NCBI GenBank assembly: GCA_965213625.1
Contig: CBDBZU010000004.1
Location: 2,080,001-2,144,000, forward strand
Source of the DNA: a bacterium
GTDB lineage: Bacteria; UBA8248
Length of the DNA stretch: 64,000 bases
Direction: 5' to 3'
Shown here: piece after piece, positions 30,366-40,997 of the stretch
Layout of the letters: each line of letters starts with the position of its first letter
Position numbering within the stretch: position 1 is the stretch's first letter
Notes under the pieces: generated by a model
Told to the model about the DNA's origin: nothing
The model's database searches: none
What the model saw: the letters and a program-made list of their open reading frames with translations, nothing else
Made by a program: the position numbers and the translations under genes

Positions 30366-31355
30366 TCAACCTTCGATGAAATTCTGCACCTCGTTGTACA
30401 GAGCCTCGCGGCACCATTCGTACTGGGCGAAGTGCGTGGCGTCCCCCAGCGTGACGGAACGCTTCCCGCGGCTGTTCACGAGCGCGCGGTAGACGGCGGC
30501 GAAGACGGGGTCGGTCGAACTCCTGTCGTGGTCTCCCCGGATGGTCAGGACCGGACAGGTGATTCTGCTCGCGTCATAGAGCGGCTTGTTGCGCGCGCGG
30601 TCGTAGCTGTCCGCCATCGCGCCATTGGGCACGCGGACGGCGGGCGTTTTTCGCTTCGCCCCCTCGGGGTCGAATTTCTGCTGCTCGCTCCAGAAGCGCT
30701 TGATTGCTGTCTCTGTCCGCCACTTCGCGTGCTGCCCCTTGGGAATGCTCCCGTCCCAGCGCTCGCGCTGGTAGGCTTCCGTGACCCAGCGCCACGCCCC
30801 CTTCCGGGGGTCCCAGCGCCCGGGGCGCGCGGGGTCTTCCCAGAGCGCCGCCGCTTGGGGGTTGTCGTATGCGTAAAAGGGCGCATAGAGAGCGAGACGG
30901 CGAATGCGCGCCTGCTTTCCGGCGGTGAAGGCGGCCGTGGTCGTCGTGCCCCACGACCAGCCGAGGAGGTTCAGCTTGTTTATGGCGTTTTGCTCGCAGA
31001 TGAAGCGCACGGCGGCGTCGATGTCGCGCACCGCGGTGATTCCCCGCACGGCCGGGGGCTGACCGGCGGGGCTTTTCAGCATCTCCGGAGGCCGCGTGGA
31101 GGGCCCGTAGCCCCGGATGCAGAGCGCGTAGACGTGAAAGCCGCGGGCGGCGGCGAAGTCCATCCACGAGTAGCCGGGCAGGGGGAGGTCGAAGGCGACG
31201 GGCGAGGGCGTGCTCTGACCGTGGACCATGAGCATGGTATTGGCCGCTTCCGACTTCTTCATTCCGCGCGGTTTTTTCTCTCTCAGGTGCAGCTTGATGC
31301 CTTCGTCGTGCGAGTCGATGAGGTGGTCTTTTCTAAACAGTTTCGGTTTGGCCAA
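30366..31355 (-). CDS. Alpha/beta hydrolase
   Basis: MVHG, RGYG.S, nucleophile elbow GWSWG, RGDHD, ATH. Confidence 0.85.
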   Translation of the reverse strand: MAKPKLFRKDHLIDSHDEGIKLHLREKKPRGMKKSEAANTMLMVHGQSTPSPVAFDLPLPGYSWMDFAAARGFHVYALCIRGYGPSTRPPEMLKSPAGQPPAVRGITAVRDIDAAVRFICEQNAINKLNLLGWSWGTTTTAAFTAGKQARIRRLALYAPFYAYDNPQAAALWEDPARPGRWDPRKGAWRWVTEAYQRERWDGSIPKGQHAKWRTETAIKRFWSEQQKFDPEGAKRKTPAVRVPNGAMADSYDRARNKPLYDASRITCPVLTIRGDHDRSSTDPVFAAVYRALVNSRGKRSVTLGDATHFAQYEWCREALYNEVQNFIEG

Positions 31356-31508
31356 CGTATCTTCTCCAGTCGGTATTATCTTCAGCTCAAGGGATACTCC
31401 ATCTTCTCAGATTTTCAGGCCGTCCCCAAGCCTGTCAGGGGAGCGACGCCTTGAGGAAGCCCCGAATCATCGATATATTGCGGATACCCACCGCCTGAAT
31501 GGTTTTTT

Positions 31509-32111
31509 ATGTATTCCATCGAACGAGAACTCGCCCGAGAAGGCGCCTCGCCCGTCGCAGGCGTGGACGAGGCCGGGCGCGGCCCCCTGGCGGGTCCGGT
31601 GGTGGCCGCCGCCGTTGTGCTGGACCCCGATATTCCGATCACTGGCCTCGACGACAGCAAGAAACTCTCCCAGAGGCAGCGAGAAGCGCTGTTGCCCGAG
31701 ATTCTGGCGAAAGCGCGCGCCGTCGCTCTGGCGGCGGCGGGCCCGCGGGAGATCGAGCGAATCAACATCTTACAAGCCTCCCTTCGCGCCATGGCGACCG
31801 CCGTGGAGGGGCTTGGAATCACGCCTGAGCACGTACTCGTCGACGGAAACAGGAGAATTCCCACTCTGGTTCCGCAGACTCCCCTGGTGAAGGGAGATTC
31901 GCGGTGCGCCTGCATCGCCGCGGCGAGCGTGGTCGCCAAGGTATACCGGGACCGGGTAATGGCCCGGATGGACGGGCGTTTTCCGGGCTATGGCTTTGGC
32001 AAGCACAAGGGGTATCCCACGCGGGATCATCTGGCTGCTCTGGAGAGGCAAGGCCCCTGCCGCATTCACCGGCGCACATTCCGGGGCGTGCCGGCCGTGG
32101 CCGGAGCATGA
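31509..32111 (+). CDS. rnhB: Ribonuclease HII
   Basis: GVDEAGRGPLAGPV, DSK, KGD, AASVVAKV.RD, HKGY.T. Confidence 0.98.
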   Translation: MYSIERELAREGASPVAGVDEAGRGPLAGPVVAAAVVLDPDIPITGLDDSKKLSQRQREALLPEILAKARAVALAAAGPREIERINILQASLRAMATAVEGLGITPEHVLVDGNRRIPTLVPQTPLVKGDSRCACIAAASVVAKVYRDRVMARMDGRFPGYGFGKHKGYPTRDHLAALERQGPCRIHRRTFRGVPAVAGA

Positions 32112-32118
32112 GGACGCC

Positions 32119-32478
32119 ATGAGCCGCGAGAGCGGAAAAATCGGAGAGGACGTGGCCGTGAAATTCCTGCGTAGACGCGGCTATGAAATCATCGAGCGAA
32201 ACTACCGTGGCTCACGCTATGAGGTGGATATCATCGCGCGCGAAGGCGGGGTTTTATCGTTCATTGAGGTGAAGACCCGCGCGCCGGGCAAGTCCCTGAG
32301 CGGCGCCGAGTCAGTCAATCGCGAGAAACAGCGCAGGATCGCGCAGGCCGCGCAGCACTACCTCATGACGCATCCGCAGGAACGCTCATCCGTCTGCCGT
32401 TTCGACGTGGTTTTGCTCGAAGGGATGCCCGGGAAAAAGCCCAAAGCGAAGGAGTTGCTCAAGAATGCGTTTCAGTAG
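32119..32478 (+). CDS. YraN family endonuclease-like protein
   Basis: G..GE..A..L...GY.I.ERN, EVDII, FIEVKTR, RFDVV. Confidence 0.93.
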   Translation: MSRESGKIGEDVAVKFLRRRGYEIIERNYRGSRYEVDIIAREGGVLSFIEVKTRAPGKSLSGAESVNREKQRRIAQAAQHYLMTHPQERSSVCRFDVVLLEGMPGKKPKAKELLKNAFQ

Positions 32479-32530
32479 CGAATCTTTGCAGCTGTATCCG
32501 TCCGGTAAGATAGCCGCCGCCTGATATCCG

Positions 32531-33310
32531 TCAAGGATTTCTCTCGGCGATTAGGCGCAGACCCAGGAGGGTCAACTCGGGGTTGATCAGGTCGAAAACC
32601 CCTTCTTCTCCACCCAACGCCAGACTCTGGCCGCCCGTTGCGACGACTTTCGTATCGCTTCCGAGTTCTGTTTTCATGCAGTCGACGATTTCCCGGACAA
32701 GGCCCCGGTACCCGTACGCGATGCCGGATTGGATGCTGTGCACCGTATTTTTCCCGATGACGGAAGGAGGAACGGCGGTTTCGACCCTGGGAAGCCGGGC
32801 CGTTTTGTCGATGAGCGCCTCGAGCGCGATTCCCAGGCCGGGCGAAATGGCGCCGCCCAGGTATTCCCCCCCGGCGGATATCGCGTCGAATGTGATGGCC
32901 GTTCCGAAATCGACGATCACCAATGGCCCGCCGTAGAGGTGGTGTCCGGCGACGGCGTTGACGATTCTGTCCGCTCCCACCTCGCGGGGATTGTCGTATT
33001 TTATGGAGATGCCCGTCCGTATCCCCGGACCGACGACTAGCGGTTTGACGCCGAAATAGCGTATGGCCATCTCCTCCAGGTTCGGCCCCAGAGGCGGAAC
33101 GACGCTCGCAATCACCACGCGGCCCACGTCCGACATCTGGTGTCGCCCGAGCCGGAACAAGCCTTCCATGAGAATGGCCAGTTCATCCGTCGTGCGGCGG
33201 GCCACGGAGCCGAGCCGCCAGTTCGACAGGAGTTCTTCCCCGTCGAAAAGTCCCACGACTGTCTGCGTGTTGCCCACGTCGATGGCCAGCAAATAGGAGC
33301 CTTGGTTCAT
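32531..33310 (-). CDS. coaX: Type III pantothenate kinase
   Basis: IDVGNT, SVVP, VGADR, VDFGTA, GGAI.PG. Confidence 0.96.
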   Translation of the reverse strand: MNQGSYLLAIDVGNTQTVVGLFDGEELLSNWRLGSVARRTTDELAILMEGLFRLGRHQMSDVGRVVIASVVPPLGPNLEEMAIRYFGVKPLVVGPGIRTGISIKYDNPREVGADRIVNAVAGHHLYGGPLVIVDFGTAITFDAISAGGEYLGGAISPGLGIALEALIDKTARLPRVETAVPPSVIGKNTVHSIQSGIAYGYRGLVREIVDCMKTELGSDTKVVATGGQSLALGGEEGVFDLINPELTLLGLRLIAERNP

Positions 33311-34074
33311 GGGAGTTCCACCTCACCGGAGGTTATTCTATCGATTGACCCATCGGGTTTTTCGAGTAGCAATCGGCCCGCCTCGTCAATCCCCTTATTT
33401 TTCCCGGATAGCGTCTCATCCGCAACGTGGACGGACACCTGCCCACCCAGATTGTCGCATAACCTGAGCCATTGCTCCCGGACGGCGCCGAAACCACTCG
33501 ATTCATAATTCTTGTACCAGAAAGCGATGCGCCCCAGAAGGAGATGGAGAAGTTGCTCCGCGTCGGGAACCTCTCCTCCCGAGAGAAAAACGGAGGATGC
33601 CGACTCGCGCAGTTCGGGAGGAAAGTCGGCTTCCCGCGTCGTGAGGTTGATGCCCAGGCCTGCGACGACGGCGGGGGGCTGGTTCGGAAAACTCATGTAT
33701 TCGCACAGGATTCCACCGATTTTTTTTCCATTCACCCTCAGGTCGTTCGGCCATTTGAGCCCGATGCGAAGGCCCGTCGCCTCCGCCAGTCCTTCTGCGG
33801 CGGCGACTCCCAAGATGAGCGTCAGGAGGGATGAAATTCCGGTTCCGCCGCTCGGGCGAAGCAGGGCGGAGAAATAGAGTCCGCTCCCCGGCGGTGAAAA
33901 CCAGGAGCGCCCCTCTCTTCCTCTTCCTTTTGTCTGGGATAACGCGCGTATCACGAGGCCGCCCGGCTCGCCTACTCTTGCGCGAGCCGAAACCAGATCG
34001 TTGGTGGAGCTTGTTTCGTCAACCGTTTCGACCCGCCAATTGAGAGTTTTCCCGTCGGCGCCGATAGGGTTCAT
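33307..34074 (-). CDS. birA: Biotin-[acetyl-CoA carboxylase] ligase (no HTH domain)
   Basis: SSTND, QT.GRGR.GR.W.SP, KWPND, KIGGIL. Confidence 0.95.
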   Translation of the reverse strand: MNPIGADGKTLNWRVETVDETSSTNDLVSARARVGEPGGLVIRALSQTKGRGREGRSWFSPPGSGLYFSALLRPSGGTGISSLLTLILGVAAAEGLAEATGLRIGLKWPNDLRVNGKKIGGILCEYMSFPNQPPAVVAGLGINLTTREADFPPELRESASSVFLSGGEVPDAEQLLHLLLGRIAFWYKNYESSGFGAVREQWLRLCDNLGGQVSVHVADETLSGKNKGIDEAGRLLLEKPDGSIDRITSGEVELP

Positions 34075-36696
34075 CTAGCTTTGAAACTCTGCGATACGCT
34101 CTGCGCTCTCACGGAGTTTTTCCGTGCGTTCCAGAGTTTCACGCAGGCGGTTTTTGTCCTTTTCCACGATCTCGGCGGGCGCGCGTTCGATGAACGAGGG
34201 ATTGGCGAGTTTTTTCTCGAGGCCCGCTATCGTATCGCTTGCGTCGGAGATTTGTTTGTGAAGGCGCTTCAATTCCTCTTCGACGTCGATGAGTCCGCCG
34301 ATGGGGACGAACGCCTGCCCATAGCCGAAAACGGTGTGGGCCGAAGCCTTGGGCCGCTCCACGTCGGGACCGATTTTCCAGTCGGGGGCAATCCTCGCCA
34401 GTCTTCTAATCCATTCGGATTCGCGCATGATGACGTCGAGCTTGCCTGGGTCGTGCACCTGAATGTGTGCGGCCATCTCCTTGTTGGGAGAGATGTTCAA
34501 CTCACCCCGTATATTTCTAATACCGCCGATCATGTCCATCAGGGCCTCGAATTCCGCCTCCGCCTTGGGGTCGTCCCATCCATCTTGGGCTTTCGGCCAT
34601 TCGGCCATCATGATGCTCTCCCCGCTGCGATTCGGAAGTTTTTGCCATATCTCCTCGGTGATGAAGGGGATTAATGGGTGCAGAAGGCGAAGCGTGCGCT
34701 CGAGCGCTTCGGCGAGCACGGCGCGGCTCGCGTCACCGCCCTCGCCTGAGGTGAGGGCGGGTTTGATGACCTCGAGATACCAGTCGCACAATTCATGCCA
34801 GGTGAAATGGTAGAGCGCCAGGGCGGCGTCGTTGAAGCGGTATTCCTCAAGCGCTTCGTCCACCTGGCGCGTCACGCCGTTCAAGCGGCTCAATATCCAT
34901 CTGTCCCCGAGGGAGAGTTCTTCTCTCGGCGGCATGGGCGGAACGCTATCACCCAGATTCATCAGGGTGAAGCGGGCCGCGTTCCAGATTTTGTTGCAGA
35001 AATTCCGGTATCCGGCGATTCGCTCGGTGGACAGGCGTATGTCGCGCCCCTGGGCGGCCATGGCGGTGAGGGTGAACCGCAGGGAATCCGTTCCGAATTC
35101 CTCGATGATCTCCAGGGGATCGATAATATTCCCGCGCGTCTTGCTCATCTTCTGTCCCTGTTCATCCCGTACGAGGGCGTGGATGTAGACGTCGCGGAAG
35201 GGGACGTCGTCCATGAACTTGAGCCCTGTCATGATCATCCTCGCCACCCAGAAGAAGATGATGTCGAAGCCGGTGACGAGGACGGACGTGGGGTAGAAAA
35301 ACTTAAGATCAGGGTTGTCGTCCGGCCACCCGAACGTCGAGAAGGGCCAGAGAGCGGAGCTGAACCAGGTGTCGAGCACGTCGGTCTCGCGTCTCAGGTT
35401 CGGATCGCCTGGGTCTTCGCGCGAAACGATGACTTCTCCGGTCTCGTCGTTGTACCACGCGGGAATCTGGTGGCCCCACCAGATCTGACGGCTGATGCAC
35501 CAGTCCCTGATGTTGTGCATCCACTCGAAATAGGTGGATTCCCACTGTTTGGGGATGATCCTGATGCGCCCGTCCTCGACGGCGCGTATCGATTCCTCCG
35601 CCAGCGGTTTCGCGCGCACGAACCATTGCTTCGAGAGATAAGGCTCCACCACGGTGCCGCAGCGGTAGCATCCACCGATGGCGTGACGATGAGCTTCCAC
35701 TCCTCTCGCCAGCCCCTGTGCTTCCATGTCGGCGACGATGCGCTTTCGTGCCTCGAACCTGTCCAGACCCTCGTAAGGACCTCCGTTTTCGTTGATCTTC
35801 GCGTCCGGCGTGAGGATGTTGACTTGCGGCAGGTCGTTTCTGAGGCCCGCCTCGAAATCGTTCGGGTCGTGCGCGGGTGTGACCTTCACCGCGCCGGAGC
35901 CGAAATCGGCGTCCACGAAAGAATCCGCGATGACGGGGATTTTCCTGTCCAGAAGCGGCAGGCGCAGATACTCGCCCACGAGGTCCTTGTATCTCTCATC
36001 GTCGGGGTGGACGGCCACGGCCGTGTCGCCGAGCATGGTCTCAGGGCGCGTCGTCGCGATGGTGACGCCGTCCCCGCCGCTCCAGAGCGGGTAGTGGAAA
36101 TTCCACAGGTGGCCGTCATGATCTTCGTGTTCGACTTCCAGGTCCGATACGGCCGTCTCGCACCTCGGACACCAGTTCACCAGGTAATTATCGCGGTAAA
36201 TCAATCCCTCTTCGTAGAGCCTCACGAAGGCTTCGCGCACGGCGCGGGAGAGCCCCTCGTCCATCGTGAACCGCTCGCGTTCCCAGTCGCACGAAGCGCC
36301 CAGGTGGTGAAGCTGGCGGATGATGGTTCCGCCGCTCTCGGCTTTCCACTTCCAGACGCGCTCGATGAATTTCTCCCGTCCCAGGGATTCGCGCGAGAGG
36401 TTCTCCTCGGCGAGTTGGCGTTCCACCACGTTCTGGGTGGCGATGCCCGCATGGTCGGTGCCGGGCATCCAGCAGACGCGCAGGCCGCTCATGCGCTTCC
36501 AGCGGATGAGGATGTCCTGAAGGGTATTGTTCAGGGCATGGCCCATGTGGAGCGAACCCGTCACGTTCGGGGGCGGGATGACGATGGAATAAGGTTCGTG
36601 GTTCTCGCTGGGCGCGCCGTGAAAATATCCGCGCTTCAGCCATTCGGCATACCAGCGATCTTCGGCCCCTTTCGGGTCGTAGCGTGGTTCCAGCAA
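34075..36696 (-). CDS. valS: Valine--tRNA ligase
   Basis: PPPNVTGSLHMGH, DWCISRQIWWGH, KMSKT, C-terminal coiled arm. Confidence 0.99.
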   Translation of the reverse strand: MLEPRYDPKGAEDRWYAEWLKRGYFHGAPSENHEPYSIVIPPPNVTGSLHMGHALNNTLQDILIRWKRMSGLRVCWMPGTDHAGIATQNVVERQLAEENLSRESLGREKFIERVWKWKAESGGTIIRQLHHLGASCDWERERFTMDEGLSRAVREAFVRLYEEGLIYRDNYLVNWCPRCETAVSDLEVEHEDHDGHLWNFHYPLWSGGDGVTIATTRPETMLGDTAVAVHPDDERYKDLVGEYLRLPLLDRKIPVIADSFVDADFGSGAVKVTPAHDPNDFEAGLRNDLPQVNILTPDAKINENGGPYEGLDRFEARKRIVADMEAQGLARGVEAHRHAIGGCYRCGTVVEPYLSKQWFVRAKPLAEESIRAVEDGRIRIIPKQWESTYFEWMHNIRDWCISRQIWWGHQIPAWYNDETGEVIVSREDPGDPNLRRETDVLDTWFSSALWPFSTFGWPDDNPDLKFFYPTSVLVTGFDIIFFWVARMIMTGLKFMDDVPFRDVYIHALVRDEQGQKMSKTRGNIIDPLEIIEEFGTDSLRFTLTAMAAQGRDIRLSTERIAGYRNFCNKIWNAARFTLMNLGDSVPPMPPREELSLGDRWILSRLNGVTRQVDEALEEYRFNDAALALYHFTWHELCDWYLEVIKPALTSGEGGDASRAVLAEALERTLRLLHPLIPFITEEIWQKLPNRSGESIMMAEWPKAQDGWDDPKAEAEFEALMDMIGGIRNIRGELNISPNKEMAAHIQVHDPGKLDVIMRESEWIRRLARIAPDWKIGPDVERPKASAHTVFGYGQAFVPIGGLIDVEEELKRLHKQISDASDTIAGLEKKLANPSFIERAPAEIVEKDKNRLRETLERTEKLRESAERIAEFQS

Positions 36697-36699
36697 AAG

Positions 36700-37422
36700 T
36701 TATTCTCCGCGTTTGATTTTCTCGATTTCTCGAATGACGATTTTCTCTACGATATCTGGGAGTTGTTTTAAAACGGCATCCTCAATATGGCTGAGCAACG
36801 TAGGAGCAATCCTTTCAGCGGCCTCTTCCAGGTGTTTCTGGATGATGGGAGCGAGTGTTTCGCTATCGAGAGCGAGCGTGGCTTGAGAAGAGGAGAGTTG
36901 TTCACCTTCTTCGCCCGGAGCTACTTCTGACTCTTCGAGCGTTTCTTCCGGTTCCTCTATTACTTCTACTGAAGGGGAGGGCGATTCCTCTGTCCCGATT
37001 TCAGGGGAAGCGGGCTCCGCCTGCGCTTCAGGCTGTTCTGTTGATTCGCTACGCGCAGGAGCGATGATGCGCTCGACCGCCTCGGTAAACACCACCGGTT
37101 TGAACGGTTTTTCGATGATTGCTATTGCGCCCACTTCCCGGATTTCCTCGTCGCTGACGCTGTTGCGCGTGCTCGTTAAAACGAGGAGAGGTACCTGGGA
37201 TAAATCCGGCTGTTCGCGCAGGCGACGACAAAAGTCCAGGCCGTCGGAACCCTCCAGGTCCAGGCCGGCGACGACGACGTCAGGAGACGTATTCTCCGCG
37301 ATTTCAAGCGCTTCGTCGGCATTTTCCGCTATATGGATATCGACCCCTTTTTCCCTGAAAGCCAGTTCCACGACGCGCTGCACGAGAAGGCTTTCGTCAA
37401 GGAGCAGTAATTTGGTCGTCAT
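36700..37422 (-). CDS. RomR-like protein: receiver domain, Pro/Glu-rich linker, helical C-terminal domain
   Basis: Receiver fold (LLLLDES...PDVVVAG...KPF), acidic linker, C-terminal LPDIVEKIVIREIEKIK; directly upstream of valS. Confidence 0.75.
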   Translation of the reverse strand: MTTKLLLLDESLLVQRVVELAFREKGVDIHIAENADEALEIAENTSPDVVVAGLDLEGSDGLDFCRRLREQPDLSQVPLLVLTSTRNSVSDEEIREVGAIAIIEKPFKPVVFTEAVERIIAPARSESTEQPEAQAEPASPEIGTEESPSPSVEVIEEPEETLEESEVAPGEEGEQLSSSQATLALDSETLAPIIQKHLEEAAERIAPTLLSHIEDAVLKQLPDIVEKIVIREIEKIKRGE

Positions 37423-37578
37423 CTTTTCGGTCCTCGTCCGGGTGTTCGCTGGATGAGCCGAATGGAGGATAATAGCAAGGATTCTACGCTCAATAATTTC
37501 AAGAACTATAGCGCCTTCTTTCACCAGGCAACTGGTTGCCAATCATGCCACTACCTCGATTACAGGGTCAACCAGTCT

Positions 37579-38646
37579 CTATTTGCGCTGATAACGATTC
37601 ACGGCGCGGCGGTGTTCGCGGTACGTGTGGGAAAATCGATGGCCGCCGTTCTTGGTGGCCACGAAATACAGGTATTTCACCTTGGCGGGATTCAAGGCCG
37701 CTTTGATGGATTCCAGCCCCGGACTTGCGATGGGCCCCGGGGGAAGACCCCGGTAAAGGTAGGTGTTATATGGCGAATCGTATCGCAAATCTTTCTTTGT
37801 GATGTTTCCGTCGAAATGAGGCAGCCCGTAAATGACGGTGGGGTCGCTCTGAAGGCGCATTCTTCGCTTGAGCCGATTGATGAACACGGCGGCGATGAGT
37901 GGCCGCTCGCTGCTCAGTGAAGTTTCTTTTTCGATAATCGATGCCAGGGTGAGCGTCTGGTGGATGGTGAACCCCATCGTTTCCGCTTGTTTTCTGAGAG
38001 CGGGCGAGAATTTCCTACGCATCGTGCGAACCATGAACTCCAGGATTTTTTTCGTCGAAGCGCCCACCGGGAATTGATACGTGTCGGGGAACAGGTATCC
38101 CTCTATGGAAGTTGCGGATATTTTCAAATCCCGAAGAAAAGATGGCTCCTGGGAGAGTCTAAGAATTTCTTTCTCACTCGCGAGTTTGACGCGCTGGATC
38201 GTCCGGGCGATTTCCCGAACGTTGTACCCCTCGGGAATGGTGAACATGCGCCGGGCGACTCTGCCTTCTGATAAATGTCGGTATATCTCTCGTGGTGACA
38301 TGGACCCTTTCAGCGCATAGACGCCGGCTTGTATGCTTTTGGCGCCGCCTCTGAGTCTGGCCTGGAGGTGGAACAATCCGGGGTTTTGGATTAAACGGCT
38401 ATTCTCCAGCAATTCGAGTATTTGGGTGAAAGACATGCCCTGGCGGACATGGATGTGCTTCGTCTCGTTTGCCTGCGGGTTCGCAGGTCGATTGAATTCA
38501 TCGGCCAGATATTGATAGCCGATGAAAGTGGCCAGGATGATTGAGGAGAAAAGCGCGACGAGGATTTTCCCGAGCCGTCGTTTACTGGAGGGAGGTGTTG
38601 ATTCTGGAGCCTCGGGTTCTTCTGTGGTGTTTTCTTTTTCACTCAT
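37579..38646 (-). CDS. mltG: Endolytic transglycosylase MltG
   Basis: TIPEG, EGYLFPDTY, LASIIEKE, LQSDPTV, SPYNTY..GLPPGPI. Confidence 0.96.
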   Translation of the reverse strand: MSEKENTTEEPEAPESTPPSSKRRLGKILVALFSSIILATFIGYQYLADEFNRPANPQANETKHIHVRQGMSFTQILELLENSRLIQNPGLFHLQARLRGGAKSIQAGVYALKGSMSPREIYRHLSEGRVARRMFTIPEGYNVREIARTIQRVKLASEKEILRLSQEPSFLRDLKISATSIEGYLFPDTYQFPVGASTKKILEFMVRTMRRKFSPALRKQAETMGFTIHQTLTLASIIEKETSLSSERPLIAAVFINRLKRRMRLQSDPTVIYGLPHFDGNITKKDLRYDSPYNTYLYRGLPPGPIASPGLESIKAALNPAKVKYLYFVATKNGGHRFSHTYREHRRAVNRYQRK

Positions 38647-39082
38647 GGGAAATCGGGCGTTTCGTTTTTTGGTGATCCAGATACGCCTGAAGGATGAGTT
38701 GCGCTGCGATGACGTCGCGCTTTTTTGTCTTCCGGCTTGGCTTGGTTTCCATCTCGTTCAAAATCCGGTCCGCCTGCGTCGTGCTGAGACGCTCGTCCCA
38801 TTTTTCGACGGGAATTTCCAAATTCTTCCGTAAATATTTTATGAGTCTTCTGGTGCGCTTCGCTCTTGCCGTATCCCGGTTCGACAGTCCTATAGGGTGT
38901 CCGACCACCAGCAGATGAACATCATGCTCACGTATGATGCCGCTCATCTCATTGAGCAATTGCTCATCACTTCGCCTTTCGATGAGGCCGAGAGGCTGGG
39001 AGGTCAGACCCAGCGAATCGCTGATGGCGAGACCTACCCGTTTTTCGCCGAAGTCCATTCCCAGGGTTCGGGGACGAATCAT
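38639..39082 (-). CDS. ruvX: Holliday junction resolvase-like RuvX/YqgF
   Basis: DFGEKRVGLAISD, VVG.P, DERLST, AA..ILQ.YLD. Confidence 0.93.
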   Translation of the reverse strand: MIRPRTLGMDFGEKRVGLAISDSLGLTSQPLGLIERRSDEQLLNEMSGIIREHDVHLLVVGHPIGLSNRDTARAKRTRRLIKYLRKNLEIPVEKWDERLSTTQADRILNEMETKPSRKTKKRDVIAAQLILQAYLDHQKTKRPISHE

Positions 39083-40704
39083 TTTGAGGTTGTATTCGCC
39101 TTGGCTTCGCCGGGATAGAACATTTCGATCTGGAATCGTTCGAGTGTGGAATGCGTCGCCCTGTCCAATGCGGCGAGAGATTTGTGATAGTCGATGAGCG
39201 CCCGGGTTTCCTCCGTCAGTGCGTTGGCCAGCCGCTCCTGGTCTTCGAGAATGTTTCTGCTCGTCGAGAGGCCTACCTTGAATTTTTTCTCCTGGGCATC
39301 CAGGCGCTCTTCCGCCAGCCTTCTGGCGACTCGCGTCGCCTCGATTCTTTTTACGTTAACGCGGACCCTGCGCGCATTACGGCGGACTTCTTCCATGATG
39401 GTTTGCTGCTTCTGATGGTAGGAGGCTACCGTTTTGGCGTGCCTGAGTCGTGCTTGGCGGTAATCAGCCTTTGCACGCCGGTTACCGATGGGCATGCGGA
39501 ACACGAAACCGCCGGAGTAGGTGTATCTCTCGTTTTTGAACTGCTCTTCAAAGGCCTCGCCCTGGTCATCAGCCAGAGAATTGTTGGATGCAGATGCCTT
39601 CAGATTGACTTCGGGAAGCAGATTTCGCTTCGCTACTTTCATATCGATTTGTCTTTTGTCGATATCGATGCGGGCGTTTTCCAACGTCGCATGCTTGCGC
39701 AAGGCGTCGAGCGTTAGTTGCATCTCATCTACGTTAACGTTTCTGAATTTCGGTTTGTCCTTCGGTAGTATGCTGATGTTCCAGGATGAGGGTTTGTCCG
39801 CTACGTTAAGCAGCATTTTCAGGGCATCTTCTCTGTCCTTGACTTCGCGCTCCGCTACGAGAAGGTCCTCATCCCGGGAGGCGACGGTTGCCTCCGCCTC
39901 CGTTATCTCAATCGGGGCGAGTGTACCGACCTCGACCTGTATTTTGTTTCGGCGCAAGAGGTCCTTTGCAAGTTCGAGAGACTTTTGCCGGAACTGGAGA
40001 TTTTCTATGGAGAAGACGAGGTTCCAGTAGGCTTGTTGAACGGCGTCAACCGTGTCGATGACCCTGCTTCGGTAAGTATGTAGCGTTTGTTCCTTCGTGG
40101 CCATGGCGATCTTGATTCTGGCCTGGTTGATATCGATGCCGAAATTCTTGAGCAAAGGCTGCTCGATGGTGAAAGTGAGGCTGGTTTGATAACTCGGATC
40201 GAATACGTTTTGTGGAGAATTCGTCGATTCCCTGATGTTTCGCAGAAAGAGGGAATACTCGGCTCCTGTGATGAGCCTTTGGCGGATGCCGGCCGCGAAT
40301 CCCAGATTGTCAGTTTCCCGTATTCCCCCGGTCCTGTTGAATACACTGTTCGCCGAACCGAGCTTGGATTTTCTGATATCCGTCTCCGCAATGGCTTGGG
40401 GATCGAAGACGGAGCGTTCTCTGGTGACGTTGCTTTCCGCGATGTCGGGGTCGAACCCGGCGATGGTGATGTCGAAATTACGCGAGAGAGCTATGCTCAC
40501 GGCTTCTCGTATGGATAGCGCGAGGCGAGGGCCTTTTATGCTTGGCGGCGCCACGTTGGTGCGAGGACGTTCGAAAGAAGTTTCCCCAGATTTGGTGGAA
40601 CTTGCGGAGAAGGCTGCGCCCGCGAGGGAAAGCGAGGATGCAAAAATGAAAATCGAGAGCACACCAATACAGTGAGAAAACAATTTGGGCGGTCTCATGA
40701 ACAA
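39079..40704 (-). CDS. TolC family outer membrane protein
   Basis: Signal peptide; two OEP repeats (AV.IAL..N, QPLL..FG, AYW.L, LLP.V.L, KF.VG.ST). Confidence 0.88.
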   Translation of the reverse strand: MFMRPPKLFSHCIGVLSIFIFASSLSLAGAAFSASSTKSGETSFERPRTNVAPPSIKGPRLALSIREAVSIALSRNFDITIAGFDPDIAESNVTRERSVFDPQAIAETDIRKSKLGSANSVFNRTGGIRETDNLGFAAGIRQRLITGAEYSLFLRNIRESTNSPQNVFDPSYQTSLTFTIEQPLLKNFGIDINQARIKIAMATKEQTLHTYRSRVIDTVDAVQQAYWNLVFSIENLQFRQKSLELAKDLLRRNKIQVEVGTLAPIEITEAEATVASRDEDLLVAEREVKDREDALKMLLNVADKPSSWNISILPKDKPKFRNVNVDEMQLTLDALRKHATLENARIDIDKRQIDMKVAKRNLLPEVNLKASASNNSLADDQGEAFEEQFKNERYTYSGGFVFRMPIGNRRAKADYRQARLRHAKTVASYHQKQQTIMEEVRRNARRVRVNVKRIEATRVARRLAEERLDAQEKKFKVGLSTSRNILEDQERLANALTEETRALIDYHKSLAALDRATHSTLERFQIEMFYPGEAKANTTSK

Positions 40705-40997
40705 GCTTGCTCCATGTTACTGGCGACGTAGAACGTATGTCGCAATTAACGTGAATCTATACCTCATTATCGCTAGCCAGTTTTCCGACTTCTTGAGGAT
40801 ATACTACTCGTATCTCGGAGAAAAGGGAAATAAGCTTTTTCTTTTCTATCGATTACTCTTTGTAAATACGGGGGATAGAGCGTTGCCCTTTCTATTCTTG
40901 CGTAAGTGCGTGACGCTCTGCTAGAAAGATTTTCGTGAGAAACCATTGGTTCGTAGTTGCTTTTCGCAAGGCGCGATTTATTTGAGGTGAGCGAGCA

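Noticed and set aside
34795-36771. 658-aa + strand ORF overlapping valS
   Set aside because: Codon-register mirror of valS; no recognisable domain
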